A DNA stretch of 53,295 bases from Bacilli bacterium (GCA_017450325.1 JAFSVB010000183.1:1-53295), one strand, 5' to 3'; shown: positions 18,955-29,051, numbered from the stretch's first letter. Numbers and translations: made by a program. Notes: generated from the sequence alone by a model not told the origin.

Positions 18955-19541
18955 GCAGAGTCAAAGACCGCGCGATGACCGACATCGAGAAAATGGACCT
19001 CCGCCTAATGCCAGAAGAGGAAGTGCTTTACGTCGCCCGTCCTGGCAAACGGATGGACCTCTTCTTTTTGATCGTTTTCCTCGCGATTGTCGGCTTTTGC
19101 ATCGCCCTTTATTTTCTCGGCGCTTGGGGGCTCAGGGTCAATAACCCCGCCGGTGGAGGATCGAGCATCTCCGTCGCCTCCGTCGGCGTGATCGCCGCGG
19201 TGGCGGTGGTCATCTACCGCTTCATCGTCATGGGCCACGCCTTTGTGTTAACCAACCATCGCGTCATCGTCCTAAAAGGCGGCAAGTTCCGTTCCCGCAA
19301 GTTCCTCAACCTCGACGAAATCGGTGGGGCGGAAATCGACCAAGGTTTCCTTTACCGTCTCTTTGGCCTAGCCACGATCGACTTCTTCTCGCCATCCTCC
19401 CAGCCGAAAGTGAAGACGTTCCTCATCATCTCCTTCTCGTCCACGTCCTTTAAGTTCATCTACCTCGCCCGCAAGGACGGCGAGGCGATTTACAACCTCC
19501 TTACCGAGGAGCTTGAGAAGCTGCCAAAAAGAAAAAAATAA
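18951..19541 (+). CDS. Membrane protein with bacterial PH (bPH_2 / YdbS-YdbT-like) domain
   Basis: Two TM helices, then FVLTNHRVIVLKGG...FLNLDEIGGAEIDQGFLYRLFGLATIDF. ATGA overlap with the queH stop. Confidence 0.7.
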   Translation: MSRVKDRAMTDIEKMDLRLMPEEEVLYVARPGKRMDLFFLIVFLAIVGFCIALYFLGAWGLRVNNPAGGGSSISVASVGVIAAVAVVIYRFIVMGHAFVLTNHRVIVLKGGKFRSRKFLNLDEIGGAEIDQGFLYRLFGLATIDFFSPSSQPKVKTFLIISFSSTSFKFIYLARKDGEAIYNLLTEELEKLPKRKK

Positions 19542-19584
19542 ACGTTCTCGATTTGTCAAATATTGTGCACGATGCACAAAGGTT

Positions 19585-19610
19585 GTGCGGGGTGACCCCA
19601 CACCTTTTTT
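19585..19610 (+). terminator. Rho-independent terminator after the tgt-queA-queH-bPH cluster
   Basis: GTGCGGGG-TGA-CCCCACAC (one mismatch) followed by CTTTTTT. It is preceded by a second perfect hairpin, TTGTGCA-CGA-TGCACAA (19563-19579). Confidence 0.7.
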
Positions 19611-19676
19611 CAACGTTTTTTCTTCGATGAAATCGAGGGTTTTGCCATTATAGCAGTAGGGGATGTACGAAAATGT

Positions 19677-19705
19677 TTGACGTATTACGCCTATACGCGT
19701 ATATT
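19677..19705 (+). promoter_or_regulatory. Sigma-70-type promoter of the S10 ribosomal operon (TTGACG-N17-TATATT)
   Basis: TTGACG at 19677-19682, an exact 17-nt spacer, and TATATT at 19700-19705, about 130 nt upstream of rpsJ. Confidence 0.6.
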
Positions 19706-19741
19706 TACCAACGCTGGCGCTTGCGTTGACATGCGAGGTTG

Positions 19742-19780
19742 CCGAAACACCGACAGGCGTTGTCATGAAGAGGTGTTCGG
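19742..19780 (+). promoter_or_regulatory. Stem-loop in the S10 operon 5' leader (possible r-protein autoregulatory or attenuator structure)
   Basis: CCGAA(A)CACC (19742-19751) pairs with GGTGTTCGG (19772-19780). The inner stem is GACA/TGTC (19752-19755 / 19761-19764). It lies between the promoter and the rpsJ RBS. Confidence 0.4.
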
Positions 19781-19835
19781 GGAATTCGCACCGAGGAAGC
19801 GTCAGAAGCCTGAAATACATCAAGGAGGAAAATTC

Positions 19836-20147
19836 ATGGCGAAAGAGAAAGCGATCCGCGTTCGCTTAATGGCCTATGACCACAAGATTCTTGATCAAAG
19901 CGTCGAGAAGATTCTGGAAGTGGCCAAGAAAACCGGTGCTGGCGTGAAGGGACCCATCCCGCTGCCCACCGAAAAGCAGGTCTACACGATTCTCCGCGCG
20001 ACCTTCATATACAAGGACAGCCGCGAGCAATTCGAGATCCGCACCCACAAAAGATTGGTCTACATCACCAATCCGACCAAAGAGACGATCGACACCCTTC
20101 GTAGGTTAGACCTCGCAAGCGGCGTCGACATCGACATCAAACTGTAA
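19836..20147 (+). CDS. rpsJ: 30S ribosomal protein S10
   Basis: Track ORF trimmed to ATG 19836, 7 nt after AAGGAGG (19822-19828). [22 protein letters not shown]...THKRLVYI. Confidence 0.97.
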   Translation: MAKEKAIRVRLMAYDHKILDQSVEKILEVAKKTGAGVKGPIPLPTEKQVYTILRATFIYKDSREQFEIRTHKRLVYITNPTKETIDTLRRLDLASGVDIDIKL

Positions 20148-20164
20148 AAGGAGGACAAGTAATC

Positions 20165-20857
20165 ATGAAATCCATCGTCGGAAGAAAAGTGGGCATGACT
20201 ACGGTCTTCGCCCCGGACGGAACGATGTATCCCGTTACCGTCATTGAAGTTCTTCCCAACGTGGTCCTCGACAAGCGGACCAAAGAGAAGAACGGTTATG
20301 AGGCCTTGGTGGTCGGTTACGAGGACAAACCCGCCCGTACTGTCTCCAAGCCGAAAATGGGCCTGTTCAAGAAAGCCAACGTCAGCCCCAAGGCCAACGT
20401 CCTTGAGCTCAAGGGCGACGAGATCTATGGCAAGAACGTCGGCGAGAGCCTAACCTGCGACATCTTCGCTACCGGAGAAGTCGTCGACCTCGTCGGTCAT
20501 AACAAAGGACACGGCTACACTGGTACGATCAAGCGTTACCATCACTCCGTTGGTCCTCGCGGACACGGTTCCGGCTACCATCGCCAGATCGGTTCGCTCG
20601 CCAACAACGGCCGCTGCAACAACCGCGTCATCCCCGGCAAGAAGATGTCCGGACATTGGGGACCCAAGCAGTGCACCGTCCAGAACGTCACGATCGTCGA
20701 GTCCAACGCCGAGAAGGGCTACATCCTCGTCAAGGGTGGCTGCCCCGGACCCAAGAAAGCGCTCGTCGTGCTCCGTACGCCTGCGCGCTTCCAATTCAAA
20801 AAGCCCGAAGTGAAGGAACTCGTCAAGAATTCCCCCGCTGAGGCGAAAGGAGAATAA
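20165..20857 (+). CDS. rplC: 50S ribosomal protein L3
   Basis: MKSIVGRKVGMTTVF...VTVIEVLPNVV...GHNKGHGYTG. Confidence 0.97.
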   Translation: MKSIVGRKVGMTTVFAPDGTMYPVTVIEVLPNVVLDKRTKEKNGYEALVVGYEDKPARTVSKPKMGLFKKANVSPKANVLELKGDEIYGKNVGESLTCDIFATGEVVDLVGHNKGHGYTGTIKRYHHSVGPRGHGSGYHRQIGSLANNGRCNNRVIPGKKMSGHWGPKQCTVQNVTIVESNAEKGYILVKGGCPGPKKALVVLRTPARFQFKKPEVKELVKNSPAEAKGE

Positions 20858-20859
20858 CC

Positions 20860-21504
20860 ATGGCCAAAGAAAAGAAAATCACTGTGGCCGTCGTGAACCT
20901 CTCCGGTGAATCGGTTGGCGAAATCGAGCTTAGCCCCGTCGTCTTCGGCGCTAAGGACGTGAACCCGCAAGTCGTCAAAGACGCGGTCACCGTCTACCTC
21001 GCCAATCGCCGTCAGGCCACCGCGAAGACCAAGAAGCGTCACGAAATCCACGGCACCAACCGCAAGCCCTGGAGACAAAAAGGAACCGGCCGCGCCCGCT
21101 CGGGCGACTGCAAGTCCCCGATCTGGACTGGCGGCGGAACCGTCTTCGGACCTGACGGAACCCAGAACTACAAACTTGCCCAGAACAAGAAAGCCCACAA
21201 GCTCGCCCTTCGTTCTGTGCTCACCGAGAAAGTCGGCAACGGCCTGATCGTCGTCGATTCGTTCGAGCTGAGCGCCATCTCCACCAAGGCCTTCGCGGGT
21301 TCGCTCAAGGTCCTCGGCGTGGAAGGCAAGAAGAACCTCATCGTCGTCGACGGTGAGAACGACAAGCTCATCCTCTCCGCCCGCTGCATCGAAAACGTCG
21401 GCCTCGTGGAAAGCGACAACATCGCCGTCTACGACGTCCTCCACTTCGATAACCTCATCGTGAGCAAGGATGACATCAAGAAAATTGAGGAGGCGTTGCA
21501 ATAA
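20860..21504 (+). CDS. rplD: 50S ribosomal protein L4
   Basis: [33 protein letters not shown]...GGGTVFGP. Confidence 0.97.
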   Translation: MAKEKKITVAVVNLSGESVGEIELSPVVFGAKDVNPQVVKDAVTVYLANRRQATAKTKKRHEIHGTNRKPWRQKGTGRARSGDCKSPIWTGGGTVFGPDGTQNYKLAQNKKAHKLALRSVLTEKVGNGLIVVDSFELSAISTKAFAGSLKVLGVEGKKNLIVVDGENDKLILSARCIENVGLVESDNIAVYDVLHFDNLIVSKDDIKKIEEALQ

Positions 21505-21914
21505 TGGCTGAAGAAAAAGTCGTCGAAGCGGTCGAGACCGCCGAGAAGCCGGCCAAGAAGGCCACCCGCAAACCCAAGGCGAAGAAGGAAGAAGCCCCTG
21601 CGAAGGCCTCCTTCCCCGCCCCGACCGCCCATGATTACGAAGTGATCGTCGCTCCGTTAATCACCGAGAAGACCATGGCGCTCATGCAGAACGCCAACAA
21701 GGTCACCGTCAAGGTCGCCAAGAATTCCAACAAGGTCGAGATCAAGGAAGCCTTCCAGAGGATCTTCCAGGTCAAAGTCACCGACGTGAAGGTCGTCAAC
21801 CAAATCGCGAAGACGACCACCCGCGGCGGACGCTACAAAGGCACGATCGCCGGTTTCAAGAAAGCCGTGATCACCATCGCCGAAGGCGAAGCCATCGACC
21901 TGTTCAAAGAGTAG
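21504..21914 (+). CDS. rplW: 50S ribosomal protein L23 with a ~40-aa K/A/E-rich N-terminal extension
   Basis: The core HDYEVIVAPLITEKTMALMQ...VKVTDVKVVN is preceded by [40 protein letters not shown]. Confidence 0.95.
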   Translation: MAEEKVVEAVETAEKPAKKATRKPKAKKEEAPAKASFPAPTAHDYEVIVAPLITEKTMALMQNANKVTVKVAKNSNKVEIKEAFQRIFQVKVTDVKVVNQIAKTTTRGGRYKGTIAGFKKAVITIAEGEAIDLFKE

Positions 21915-21976
21915 GACACACCCTCGCGTATATATAAAGGAAAACGCGTAAAGAAAACCAATATAGGAGAAAGTCA

Positions 21977-22810
21977 ATGGCAATAAGAACATATCGTCCT
22001 TATACCCCGTCGCGTCGCGCCATGAGCAACTCGACGTTCGAGGACATCACCAAATCCACTCCTGAAAAATCGCTTCTCGTCCCGATGAAGAAAACGGGCG
22101 GGCGCAACAATCAGGGCAAAATCACTTGCCGTCACATCGGTGGTGGCAACAAGCGCAAATACCGCATCATCGACTTCCGTCGCCGCAAAGATGGCATCCC
22201 CGCCACCGTCAAGGCGATCGAATACGACCCCAACCGCAACGCCAACATCGCGCTCATCTGCTATGCGGATGGCACCAAGGCGTACATCATCGAGCCCCAG
22301 GGCCTCAACGTCGGCGACAAGATCGTCTCCGGCGAAGCGACCGACATCAAAGTCGGCAACTGCCTCGAGCTCCAGAACATCCCCGATGGAACCTTCGTTC
22401 ACTGCGTCGAGCTCCAGCCGGGCAAAGGCGCTCAGCTCTGCCGCGCTGCCGGCACGAGCGCCCAGGTCCTTGGTTCTGAAGGCAAGTACGTCACCGTGCG
22501 TCTCGCCTCGGGCGAAGTCCGCAAGCTCCTCAAGAACTGCCGCGCTACCGTCGGCATCGTCGGCAATGAGGACTGGAACCTCGTCAACCTCGGCAAAGCC
22601 GGTAAGACCCGCTGGAACGGCACCCGTCCCACGGTCCGCGGCTCCGCGATGAACCCCTGCGACCACCCCCACGGCGGTGGTGAAGGTAAATGCCCCGTCG
22701 GCCGCGATGCTCCCCGTTCTCCGTGGGGCAAGCGCACCCAGGGCGTCAAGACCCGTCGCCTCAAGAAGAACTCCACCCGCCTCATCGTCAGGCGCCGTGG
22801 CCAGAAGTAA
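21977..22810 (+). CDS. rplB: 50S ribosomal protein L2
   Basis: [14 protein letters not shown]...[15 protein letters not shown]...[13 protein letters not shown]. Confidence 0.98.
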   Translation: MAIRTYRPYTPSRRAMSNSTFEDITKSTPEKSLLVPMKKTGGRNNQGKITCRHIGGGNKRKYRIIDFRRRKDGIPATVKAIEYDPNRNANIALICYADGTKAYIIEPQGLNVGDKIVSGEATDIKVGNCLELQNIPDGTFVHCVELQPGKGAQLCRAAGTSAQVLGSEGKYVTVRLASGEVRKLLKNCRATVGIVGNEDWNLVNLGKAGKTRWNGTRPTVRGSAMNPCDHPHGGGEGKCPVGRDAPRSPWGKRTQGVKTRRLKKNSTRLIVRRRGQK

Positions 22811-22825
22811 GAAAGGAGAGATTGA

Positions 22826-23113
22826 ATGTCTCGTTCACTCAAGAAAGAGCCCTTCGTGGACGCTTACCTCATGAAGAAGGTCGAAGCGCTCCAGAAGTCC
22901 GGCAAAAAAGAGATCATCAAGACATGGTCTCGCCGCTCGACGATCTATCCAGCGTTCGTCGAACACACCTTCGCCGTGTATAACGGCAAAGAGCACATCA
23001 CCGTCTATGTCGTCGAAGACATGGTTGGCCACAAGCTCGGCGAGTTCGCCCCGACGCGTAACTTCCCCGGTCACCGTGGCAACAACCTCAACGACAAGGG
23101 CGCCAAGAAGTAA
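22826..23113 (+). CDS. rpsS: 30S ribosomal protein S19
   Basis: [12 protein letters not shown]...[12 protein letters not shown]...VYNGKEH...[13 protein letters not shown]. Confidence 0.97.
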   Translation: MSRSLKKEPFVDAYLMKKVEALQKSGKKEIIKTWSRRSTIYPAFVEHTFAVYNGKEHITVYVVEDMVGHKLGEFAPTRNFPGHRGNNLNDKGAKK

Positions 23114-23124
23114 GGAGGTCCCCA

Positions 23125-23712
23125 ATGGCTGAAGAAAAGAAAACCGTGAAGAAGGCCACCGCTAAGAAAGCGGAAGAAGCGCCCGAATCCGAGAAGGCCA
23201 CCAAGGCCCCTGCCAAGAAAGCGGTGAAGAAAGAAACCGCCGACGCGGCCAAAGAAACCAAAAAAGCCACCAAGGCTGCCGAAAAGGAAGCCAAGGCTGC
23301 TGAGAAAGAAGCGAAGAAAGCCGAAAAGGCCGCCAAGAAAGAAGCGGCCAAGAAGGTCGAAGAGAAGCCCAAGGCAACCCAAGCGACCGCCTTCGCCCGC
23401 GATGTCCGCATCACCCCGCGCAAAGTCCGCCTCGTGGCCGACCTCGTCCGCGGCAAGGACGTCAAGGACGCCCTCGGCATCCTCGCCATCTGCAACAAAG
23501 TCGCTGTGACCCCGGTTGAGAAGATCATCCGCTCCGCCAGCGCCAACGCCGTCAACAACTTCGGGATGGACGAGAAGAAACTCTACATCGCCGAAATCCA
23601 GGTCGGAGATGGCCTCAAGATCAAGAGGTACATCCCCCGCGCCAAGGGCAGCGCTTCCCCGATCATCAAGCGCAACAGCCACATTCGCATCGTCGTGAAG
23701 GAAAGGAACTAG
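23125..23712 (+). CDS. rplV: 50S ribosomal protein L22 with a ~85-aa K/A/E-rich N-terminal extension
   Basis: The core ARDVRITPRKVRLVADLVRGKDVKDALGIL... is preceded by AKKA/EKEAK-type low-complexity sequence. Total 195 aa. Confidence 0.95.
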   Translation: MAEEKKTVKKATAKKAEEAPESEKATKAPAKKAVKKETADAAKETKKATKAAEKEAKAAEKEAKKAEKAAKKEAAKKVEEKPKATQATAFARDVRITPRKVRLVADLVRGKDVKDALGILAICNKVAVTPVEKIIRSASANAVNNFGMDEKKLYIAEIQVGDGLKIKRYIPRAKGSASPIIKRNSHIRIVVKERN

Positions 23713-23718
23713 TCAAGC

Positions 23719-24480
23719 ATGGGACACAAAGTTAACCCCGTAGGACTCCGCGTCGGCATCAACCGCGATTGGAATTCCAAGTGGTTCGCCACCGGCGACG
23801 ACTATGCCGCCTTCCTCAAAGAAGACATCCGCATTCGCCGCTACCTCGACGGCCAGCTCAAGACCGCGATGCTCTCCCGCATCGAAATCGGCCGCGTCAA
23901 GAATGACAAGGGCTATTCCGTCAAGGTCGCCGTCTACGTCGGCCGCCCGGGCGACGTCATCGGCCAGGAGGGCGAGAACGTCAAGCGCCTCCGCACCGAA
24001 CTCGGCAAGCTCGTCAATTCGTCCAACGTCCACCTCGACGTCGTCGAAGTGAAGAACCCGGACCTCGACGCCGTGCTCGTGGCCAAGTGGATCGCCGCGG
24101 AACTTGAGAACCGCGCCGCCTTCCGCTCCACCATGAAGAAGGCTCTTACCAAGATGCGCAAAGCCGGCGCCAAAGGCTGCAGGACGCTCTGCTCCGGTCG
24201 CCTTGGCGGTGCTGAAATCGCCCGCGCCGAAGGCTATAAAGAAGGTGTCGTGCCTCTGCACACCCTCCGCGCCGACATCGACTTCGCCGCGGTCCACGCC
24301 GCGACCACCTACGGCAACATCGGCGTCAAAGTCTGGATCTGCCGTTCCCTCAACAAGACCGACACCGAAATGATCAACGAGCCCGCTCCCCGCGATCCCC
24401 GCGATGAGCGCCGCGACGCTCCCCGTCGCCGTCCGGCTCCGAAAGGAGATGTGAACAATGCTTCAACCAAAACGCGTTAA
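23719..24480 (+). CDS. rpsC: 30S ribosomal protein S3 with a basic/Pro-rich C-terminal tail
   Basis: [24 protein letters not shown]... The tail is ...[23 protein letters not shown]. The 3' end overlaps rplP by 23 nt. Confidence 0.97.
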   Translation: MGHKVNPVGLRVGINRDWNSKWFATGDDYAAFLKEDIRIRRYLDGQLKTAMLSRIEIGRVKNDKGYSVKVAVYVGRPGDVIGQEGENVKRLRTELGKLVNSSNVHLDVVEVKNPDLDAVLVAKWIAAELENRAAFRSTMKKALTKMRKAGAKGCRTLCSGRLGGAEIARAEGYKEGVVPLHTLRADIDFAAVHAATTYGNIGVKVWICRSLNKTDTEMINEPAPRDPRDERRDAPRRRPAPKGDVNNASTKTR

Positions 24481-24874
24481 GTATCGTCGCCCCCATTCCC
24501 TCTCTTATGAAGGAAAAGCCAAAGGCGGCACCAAGGTTGAATTCGGCGAATTCGGCCTCGTCGCCCTCGAGGGCAATTACATCACCGACCACCAGATCGA
24601 ATCCGCCCGTATCGTCCTCTCCCGTTGCACGGACAGGACTGGCAAAGTCTGGATCCGCATCTTCCCCCATATGGCCAAGACCAAGAAACCGGCCGAAGTT
24701 CGTATGGGTAGCGGCAAAGGCTCCCCGGAAGGCTGGGTCGCCGTGGTCAAGCAGGGCACCGTCATGTTCGAAATCGGCGGTACCACCCCGGAAGTCGCGA
24801 TGGAAGCGCTCCGCCTCGCCAGCTACAAGCTGCCGGTGAAGACCAAGATCATCGCTAAAGAGAAGGGAGAATAA
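24458..24874 (+). CDS. rplP: 50S ribosomal protein L16
   Basis: [13 protein letters not shown]...GEFGL...[17 protein letters not shown] lies 9 nt upstream. Confidence 0.97.
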   Translation: MLQPKRVKYRRPHSLSYEGKAKGGTKVEFGEFGLVALEGNYITDHQIESARIVLSRCTDRTGKVWIRIFPHMAKTKKPAEVRMGSGKGSPEGWVAVVKQGTVMFEIGGTTPEVAMEALRLASYKLPVKTKIIAKEKGE

Positions 24875-24876
24875 CC

Positions 24877-25077
24877 ATGAACGTCAACGAACTTCGTGAA
24901 CTCACCCCCGCCGAGCTCGACGCCAAGATCTACGAGCTCAAGCAACAACTCTTCGAACTCCGCCGCAAGAAAGCGGTCGGCCAGCTCGAACACGGCGAAG
25001 AAATCCGCGCTGCGCGCAAGACCCTCGCCAAAGCCGAAACCGTCAAGCGCCAGCGTGCCCTTGGCATCGATAAGTAA
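24877..25077 (+). CDS. rpmC: 50S ribosomal protein L29
   Basis: MNVNELRELTPAELDAKIYELKQQLFELRRKKAVGQLE. Confidence 0.95.
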   Translation: MNVNELRELTPAELDAKIYELKQQLFELRRKKAVGQLEHGEEIRAARKTLAKAETVKRQRALGIDK

Positions 25078-25090
25078 GGAGGAAAACGCA

Positions 25091-25417
25091 ATGGAAAGAA
25101 ATCATCGTATCGCGATTCAAGGCGTCGTCACTTCGGTGAAGATGGCCAAGACCATCGTCGTCACTGTTTCCACCGAGCGCAATGACCCCCTCTACGTCAA
25201 GCGTGTCGGCTATTCCAAGAAATACTATGCCCATGACGAGAAAGGCGAGGCCGCCCTTGGCGACACCGTCACCATCATGGCCTGCCGCCCCATGTCGAAA
25301 CTCAAGAGGTTCCGCTTGGTGAGCGTCGACAAGAAAGCCCTCGTCGAGGACGTCGCGGCCGTCGAGGAAGCCCTCGAGAAGCAAGAAGGCGTCGTCGAGG
25401 ATAAGGAGGCCGAATAA
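25091..25417 (+). CDS. rpsQ: 30S ribosomal protein S17 with an acidic C-terminal extension
   Basis: Internal ATG 25091 of track ORF 24896..25417. [26 protein letters not shown]...YAHDE...[20 protein letters not shown], then ...[17 protein letters not shown]. Confidence 0.95.
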   Translation: MERNHRIAIQGVVTSVKMAKTIVVTVSTERNDPLYVKRVGYSKKYYAHDEKGEAALGDTVTIMACRPMSKLKRFRLVSVDKKALVEDVAAVEEALEKQEGVVEDKEAE

Positions 25418-25785
25418 TGATTCAGACCGAAACCAACCTCGTGGTGGCCGATAACTCGGGCGCCAAGTCGGTGCGTGCCTTCCGCCTCTATGGCGGCAGC
25501 TACCGCAAGTCCTCGTCCATCGGGGACGTCATCCTCTGCGCCGTCAAGGACGCCATCCCCAACGGCAAAATCAAGAAATCCGACGTCGTCAAGGCCGTCA
25601 TCGTCCGCGTCAAGCATCCGCTTCAGCGCAAAGATGGCAGCACCATCGCCTTCGACGATAACGCGGTCGTCCTCATCGACAACGATGGCAACCCCATCGG
25701 CACCCGCGTCTTCGGGCCCGTCGCCCGTGAACTTCGCGACAAGGGATACATGAAGATCGTCTCCCTCGCCCCCGAGGTCCTATAA
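25417..25785 (+). CDS. rplN: 50S ribosomal protein L14
   Basis: [17 protein letters not shown]...[31 protein letters not shown] overlap with rpsQ. Confidence 0.98.
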   Translation: MIQTETNLVVADNSGAKSVRAFRLYGGSYRKSSSIGDVILCAVKDAIPNGKIKKSDVVKAVIVRVKHPLQRKDGSTIAFDDNAVVLIDNDGNPIGTRVFGPVARELRDKGYMKIVSLAPEVL

Positions 25786-25803
25786 GGAAAGGAGTCACAA
25801 AGC

Positions 25804-26109
25804 ATGAACATCAAAAAAGGTGATAAGGTCCGCGTGATCTCCGGCGCTGACAAAGGCAAAGAAGGCATCGTTCAGCGCGTCTATCCCAAGCTCAACAAAG
25901 TCGTCGTGGAAGGCGTCAACGTCCACAAGAAGCACCGCAAGCCCACCCAGGGCTCCCCCGAGGGCACGGTCGTGGACATCTATGTCCCCATCGATGCCAG
26001 CAACGTCGCGTTGCTCGATCCCAAAACCAAAAAGCCCACCCGCGTCCACTATGGCGTCGTGAAGGGTAAGAAAGTCCGCCTCGCCAAGTCCGGCGAGAGC
26101 CTCGACTAA
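25804..26109 (+). CDS. rplX: 50S ribosomal protein L24
   Basis: [23 protein letters not shown] (KOW motif). Confidence 0.96.
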   Translation: MNIKKGDKVRVISGADKGKEGIVQRVYPKLNKVVVEGVNVHKKHRKPTQGSPEGTVVDIYVPIDASNVALLDPKTKKPTRVHYGVVKGKKVRLAKSGESLD

Positions 26110-26123
26110 AGAAAGGAGTCCCC

Positions 26124-26771
26124 ATGGCAGAAGAAACCAAAAAGAAAACGACCGCCAAGGCGGCCCCGAAAGCGGAAGCTCCTGCGAAAGAGCCCGCTGC
26201 CAAAAAGGAAAAGTTCGTCGCCCCTGAGCCGGCCAACCGCCTCGCGAAGAAATATCGCTCCGAGGTCGTCCCTGCGCTGGTGAAGGAGTTCGGCTATTCC
26301 TCCGTGATGATGACCCCGAAGATCGAGAAGATCGTCATCAACATGGGCGTTGGCGATGCCACCAGCAACTCCAAGGCCCTCGACGATGCGGTCGCCGACC
26401 TCACCACCCTCTCGGGCCAGAAGCCGGTCATCACCAAAGCGAAGAAATCCATCGCCTCCTTCAAGGTGCGCGAAGGTCAGTCCATCGGCTGCAAAGTCAC
26501 CCTCCGCGGCCAGCGCATGTATGAGTTCCTCGATAAGCTCATCTCCATCGCGCTTCCCCGCGTCCGCGACTTCCGCGGCATCTCCCGCAATTCCTTTGAC
26601 GGCCATGGCAACTACACCCTCGGCGTCAAGGAACAGTTGATCTTCCCCGAAATCGACTACGATAAGGTCAACAAGATCCGCGGTATGGACGTCGTCATCG
26701 TCACCACCGCGAAATCGGATAAAGAAGCGGAAGCCCTTCTCGAGAAGATGGGCATGCCCTTCCGTAAATAA
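26124..26771 (+). CDS. rplE: 50S ribosomal protein L5 with a ~35-aa K/A/E/P-rich N-terminal extension
   Basis: The core [42 protein letters not shown]... is preceded by [37 protein letters not shown]. Confidence 0.96.
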   Translation: MAEETKKKTTAKAAPKAEAPAKEPAAKKEKFVAPEPANRLAKKYRSEVVPALVKEFGYSSVMMTPKIEKIVINMGVGDATSNSKALDDAVADLTTLSGQKPVITKAKKSIASFKVREGQSIGCKVTLRGQRMYEFLDKLISIALPRVRDFRGISRNSFDGHGNYTLGVKEQLIFPEIDYDKVNKIRGMDVVIVTTAKSDKEAEALLEKMGMPFRK

Positions 26772-26783
26772 GGAGCAACGAAC

Positions 26784-26969
26784 ATGGCAAAGAAAAGCTT
26801 AGTTGCGAAATCGCACCGCAAACAGAAATTCGCCGTGCGCGAATACACCCGCTGCAACCGTTGCGGACGCCCCCATGGCGTCATCCGCAAGTTCGGCCTG
26901 TGCCGCATCTGCCTCCGCGAACTCGCCTACAAGGGTGAGATCCCCGGCATGAAGAAGGCCTCTTGGTAA
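26784..26969 (+). CDS. rpsN: 30S ribosomal protein S14, type Z (zinc-binding, 61 aa)
   Basis: [46 protein letters not shown]; the CxxC...CxxC motif is present. Confidence 0.96.
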   Translation: MAKKSLVAKSHRKQKFAVREYTRCNRCGRPHGVIRKFGLCRICLRELAYKGEIPGMKKASW

Positions 26970-26985
26970 GGAAAGGAGAGAAACA

Positions 26986-27381
26986 ATGAACGCAGATCCC
27001 ATCGCAGATATGCTCACTCGCATCCGTAACGCCAACGCGCTACGCTACGAGGAAGTGTCCATGCCCTCCTCCTCCATCAAGGTCGGCATCGCGGAAATCC
27101 TGAAAAACGAAGGCTTCATCAACGACTTCTCGGTCTCCGAGGAGAAGGGGAAGAAGACCCTCAACATCGTCTTGAAGTACTCCACCTCCGGCGAGCGCGT
27201 CATCACCAACCTGAAGCGCGTCTCCAAGCCTGGTCTTCGCGTGTACGCCCAAGCCGATAAGATCCCGAGCGTCCTCAAGGGCCTCGGCATCGCCATCGTG
27301 AGCACCCCCAACGGCTTGCTCACCGACAAACAAGCGCGCAAAGCGGGCGTTGGCGGCGAAGTCCTCGCCTACGTCTGGTAA
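26986..27381 (+). CDS. rpsH: 30S ribosomal protein S8
   Basis: [16 protein letters not shown]...[33 protein letters not shown]. Confidence 0.97.
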   Translation: MNADPIADMLTRIRNANALRYEEVSMPSSSIKVGIAEILKNEGFINDFSVSEEKGKKTLNIVLKYSTSGERVITNLKRVSKPGLRVYAQADKIPSVLKGLGIAIVSTPNGLLTDKQARKAGVGGEVLAYVW

Positions 27382-27404
27382 GCGCAGAAAGGAAGAAAAC
27401 TTAT

Positions 27405-27953
27405 ATGTCTCGCATCGGACTCAAACCCGTGGTTCTTCCTGAAGGCGTCACCCTTGAAGTCAAGGATGGCGTCGTCGCCGTCAAAGGTCCCAAAGGCGAA
27501 TTGAGCGTCAGCTATCCCAGCTGCGTAAGCGTCTCTGTGGAAAACGGCGTCGCCCATGTCGCTCGTAAAGACGACCAACCGAAGTCGGTCACGAACCATG
27601 GAACCGTCAGAGCCAACCTCGCCAACGCCGTCAAAGGCGTCCACGAGGGCTATAAAAAAGAACTCGAAATCCAGGGCATCGGCTATCGTTGCTCCATGAG
27701 GGGAACCTCCATTGTCCTCAATGTCGGCTACTCCCATGAGGTCGTCATCGCTCCCGTCGAGGGCGTGACCATCTCCGCCAAAGACGACACCCACATCGCC
27801 GTCGAAGGCATTGACAAGCAGAAGGTCGGCCAAATCGCCGCCCTCATCCACGACACCAAGCGCCCTGAGCCCTACGGCGGCAAGGGCATCCGCTACAAAG
27901 GTGAAGTCGTCCACCTCAAAGAAGGTAAGCGCGCCACCGGTGGCAAGAAGTAA
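27405..27953 (+). CDS. rplF: 50S ribosomal protein L6
   Basis: MSRIGLKPVVLPEGVTLEVKDGVVAVKGPKGEL...PEPYGGKGIRYKGE. Confidence 0.97.
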   Translation: MSRIGLKPVVLPEGVTLEVKDGVVAVKGPKGELSVSYPSCVSVSVENGVAHVARKDDQPKSVTNHGTVRANLANAVKGVHEGYKKELEIQGIGYRCSMRGTSIVLNVGYSHEVVIAPVEGVTISAKDDTHIAVEGIDKQKVGQIAALIHDTKRPEPYGGKGIRYKGEVVHLKEGKRATGGKK

Positions 27954-27969
27954 TAGGAGGGGATAAACA

Positions 27970-28326
27970 ATGATCGAAAAGACACCGAAGAACGTCGCTC
28001 GTGTTCGCAAGCACCTCCGCGTTCGCGCCAAGATCTCCGGCACGGCCGAAAAGCCCCGCCTCTGCGTCTTCCGTTCCAACAAGCACATCGAAGCTCAGAT
28101 CATCGATGACGTCAAAGGCGTCACGCTCTGCTCGGCTTCGTCCGTCCAACTCAAGCTCGCCAACGGCTCCAACTGCGAAGCCGCGGCCAAAGTCGGCGCC
28201 GAGCTCGCCAAGCGCGCCCTCGCCAAGGGTATCGAAGTCGTCGCGTTCGATCGCGGCGGATATCTCTATCATGGCCGCGTTGCCGCGTTAGCCGATGCCG
28301 CCCGCGAAGGCGGACTCAAGTTCTAA
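27970..28326 (+). CDS. rplR: 50S ribosomal protein L18
   Basis: [35 protein letters not shown]...[26 protein letters not shown]. Confidence 0.97.
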   Translation: MIEKTPKNVARVRKHLRVRAKISGTAEKPRLCVFRSNKHIEAQIIDDVKGVTLCSASSVQLKLANGSNCEAAAKVGAELAKRALAKGIEVVAFDRGGYLYHGRVAALADAAREGGLKF

Positions 28327-28338
28327 GGAGAAGCGACA

Positions 28339-29049
28339 ATGGAAGAAGAAAATAAAGTCGTTACCGCGCCCGCCGCGGAAGAAAATACTTCGGAGCAGCC
28401 CCGCGGCCGTGAGCCGCATGGCTCCGCCTCCGCCCCGCGTCCTGGCGATCGCAAGGATGGGTCCCATCGTGGCCGTCCCTCCGAGCGCCGTGGCGGCCGT
28501 GGCGGATTCCGCCGCGATGGCGATGACCTCCTTGAAAGGGTCGTCGCGATCAACCGCGTCTCCAAAACCGTCCAAGGCGGCAAGCACGTCCGTTTCTCGG
28601 CCTTGACCGTCGTCGGTGATGGCAAGGGCTCCTATGGCTTCGCCACCGCGAAGTCCGGCGAAGTCCCCGACGCCATCAAGAAAGCCCTTGAGCGTTCCCG
28701 CAAGGCCATGTTCAAGATCGAGATCGTCCGTGGCAATACCATCGCCCACGATGTCGAAGGCACCTTTGGTTCCACCAAGGTCGTCCTCAAGCCCGCTAAC
28801 CCCGGTACCGGCGTCGTCGCCGGTGGCCCGGTCCGCGCCATCCTTGAGCTCGCCGGCGTCAAGAACGTCGTCTCCAAAGTCTATGGCTCCCGCGCCCCGA
28901 TCAACATCATCCGCGCGACCGATGCCGCCCTCCATAGCCTGAAGTCCTACGACAAGGTCATGGTCCTCCGCGGCAAGAAGACCGAGGAAGAAATCCGCGC
29001 CGCGAAGGCCAATAAGGCCCCCGTCGCCGCCCCGAAAGGAGATAAATAA
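28339..29049 (+). CDS. rpsE: 30S ribosomal protein S5 with a ~65-aa R/G/P/E-rich N-terminal extension
   Basis: The core LERVVAINRVSKTVQGGKHVRFSALTVVGDGKGSYGFATAKSGEVPDAIKKA is preceded by ...EPHGSASAPRPGDRKDGSHRGRPSERRGGRGGFRRDGDD. There is also an A/K-rich C-terminal tail. Confidence 0.96.
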   Translation: MEEENKVVTAPAAEENTSEQPRGREPHGSASAPRPGDRKDGSHRGRPSERRGGRGGFRRDGDDLLERVVAINRVSKTVQGGKHVRFSALTVVGDGKGSYGFATAKSGEVPDAIKKALERSRKAMFKIEIVRGNTIAHDVEGTFGSTKVVLKPANPGTGVVAGGPVRAILELAGVKNVVSKVYGSRAPINIIRATDAALHSLKSYDKVMVLRGKKTEEEIRAAKANKAPVAAPKGDK

Positions 29050-29051
29050 TT

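Noticed and set aside
19368-19823. 151-aa minus-strand ORF spanning the bPH gene 3' end, the terminator and the S10 promoter/leader.
   Set aside because: It crosses two hairpins and a promoter and overlaps a supported gene. No motif is present, so it is unlikely to be coding.
23130-23390. Repetitive AAG/GCC/GAA-rich DNA that could be mistaken for a tandem repeat or CRISPR-like array.
   Set aside because: It is in frame within rplV and encodes the K/A/E-rich N-terminal extension. It has no regular repeat-spacer periodicity.
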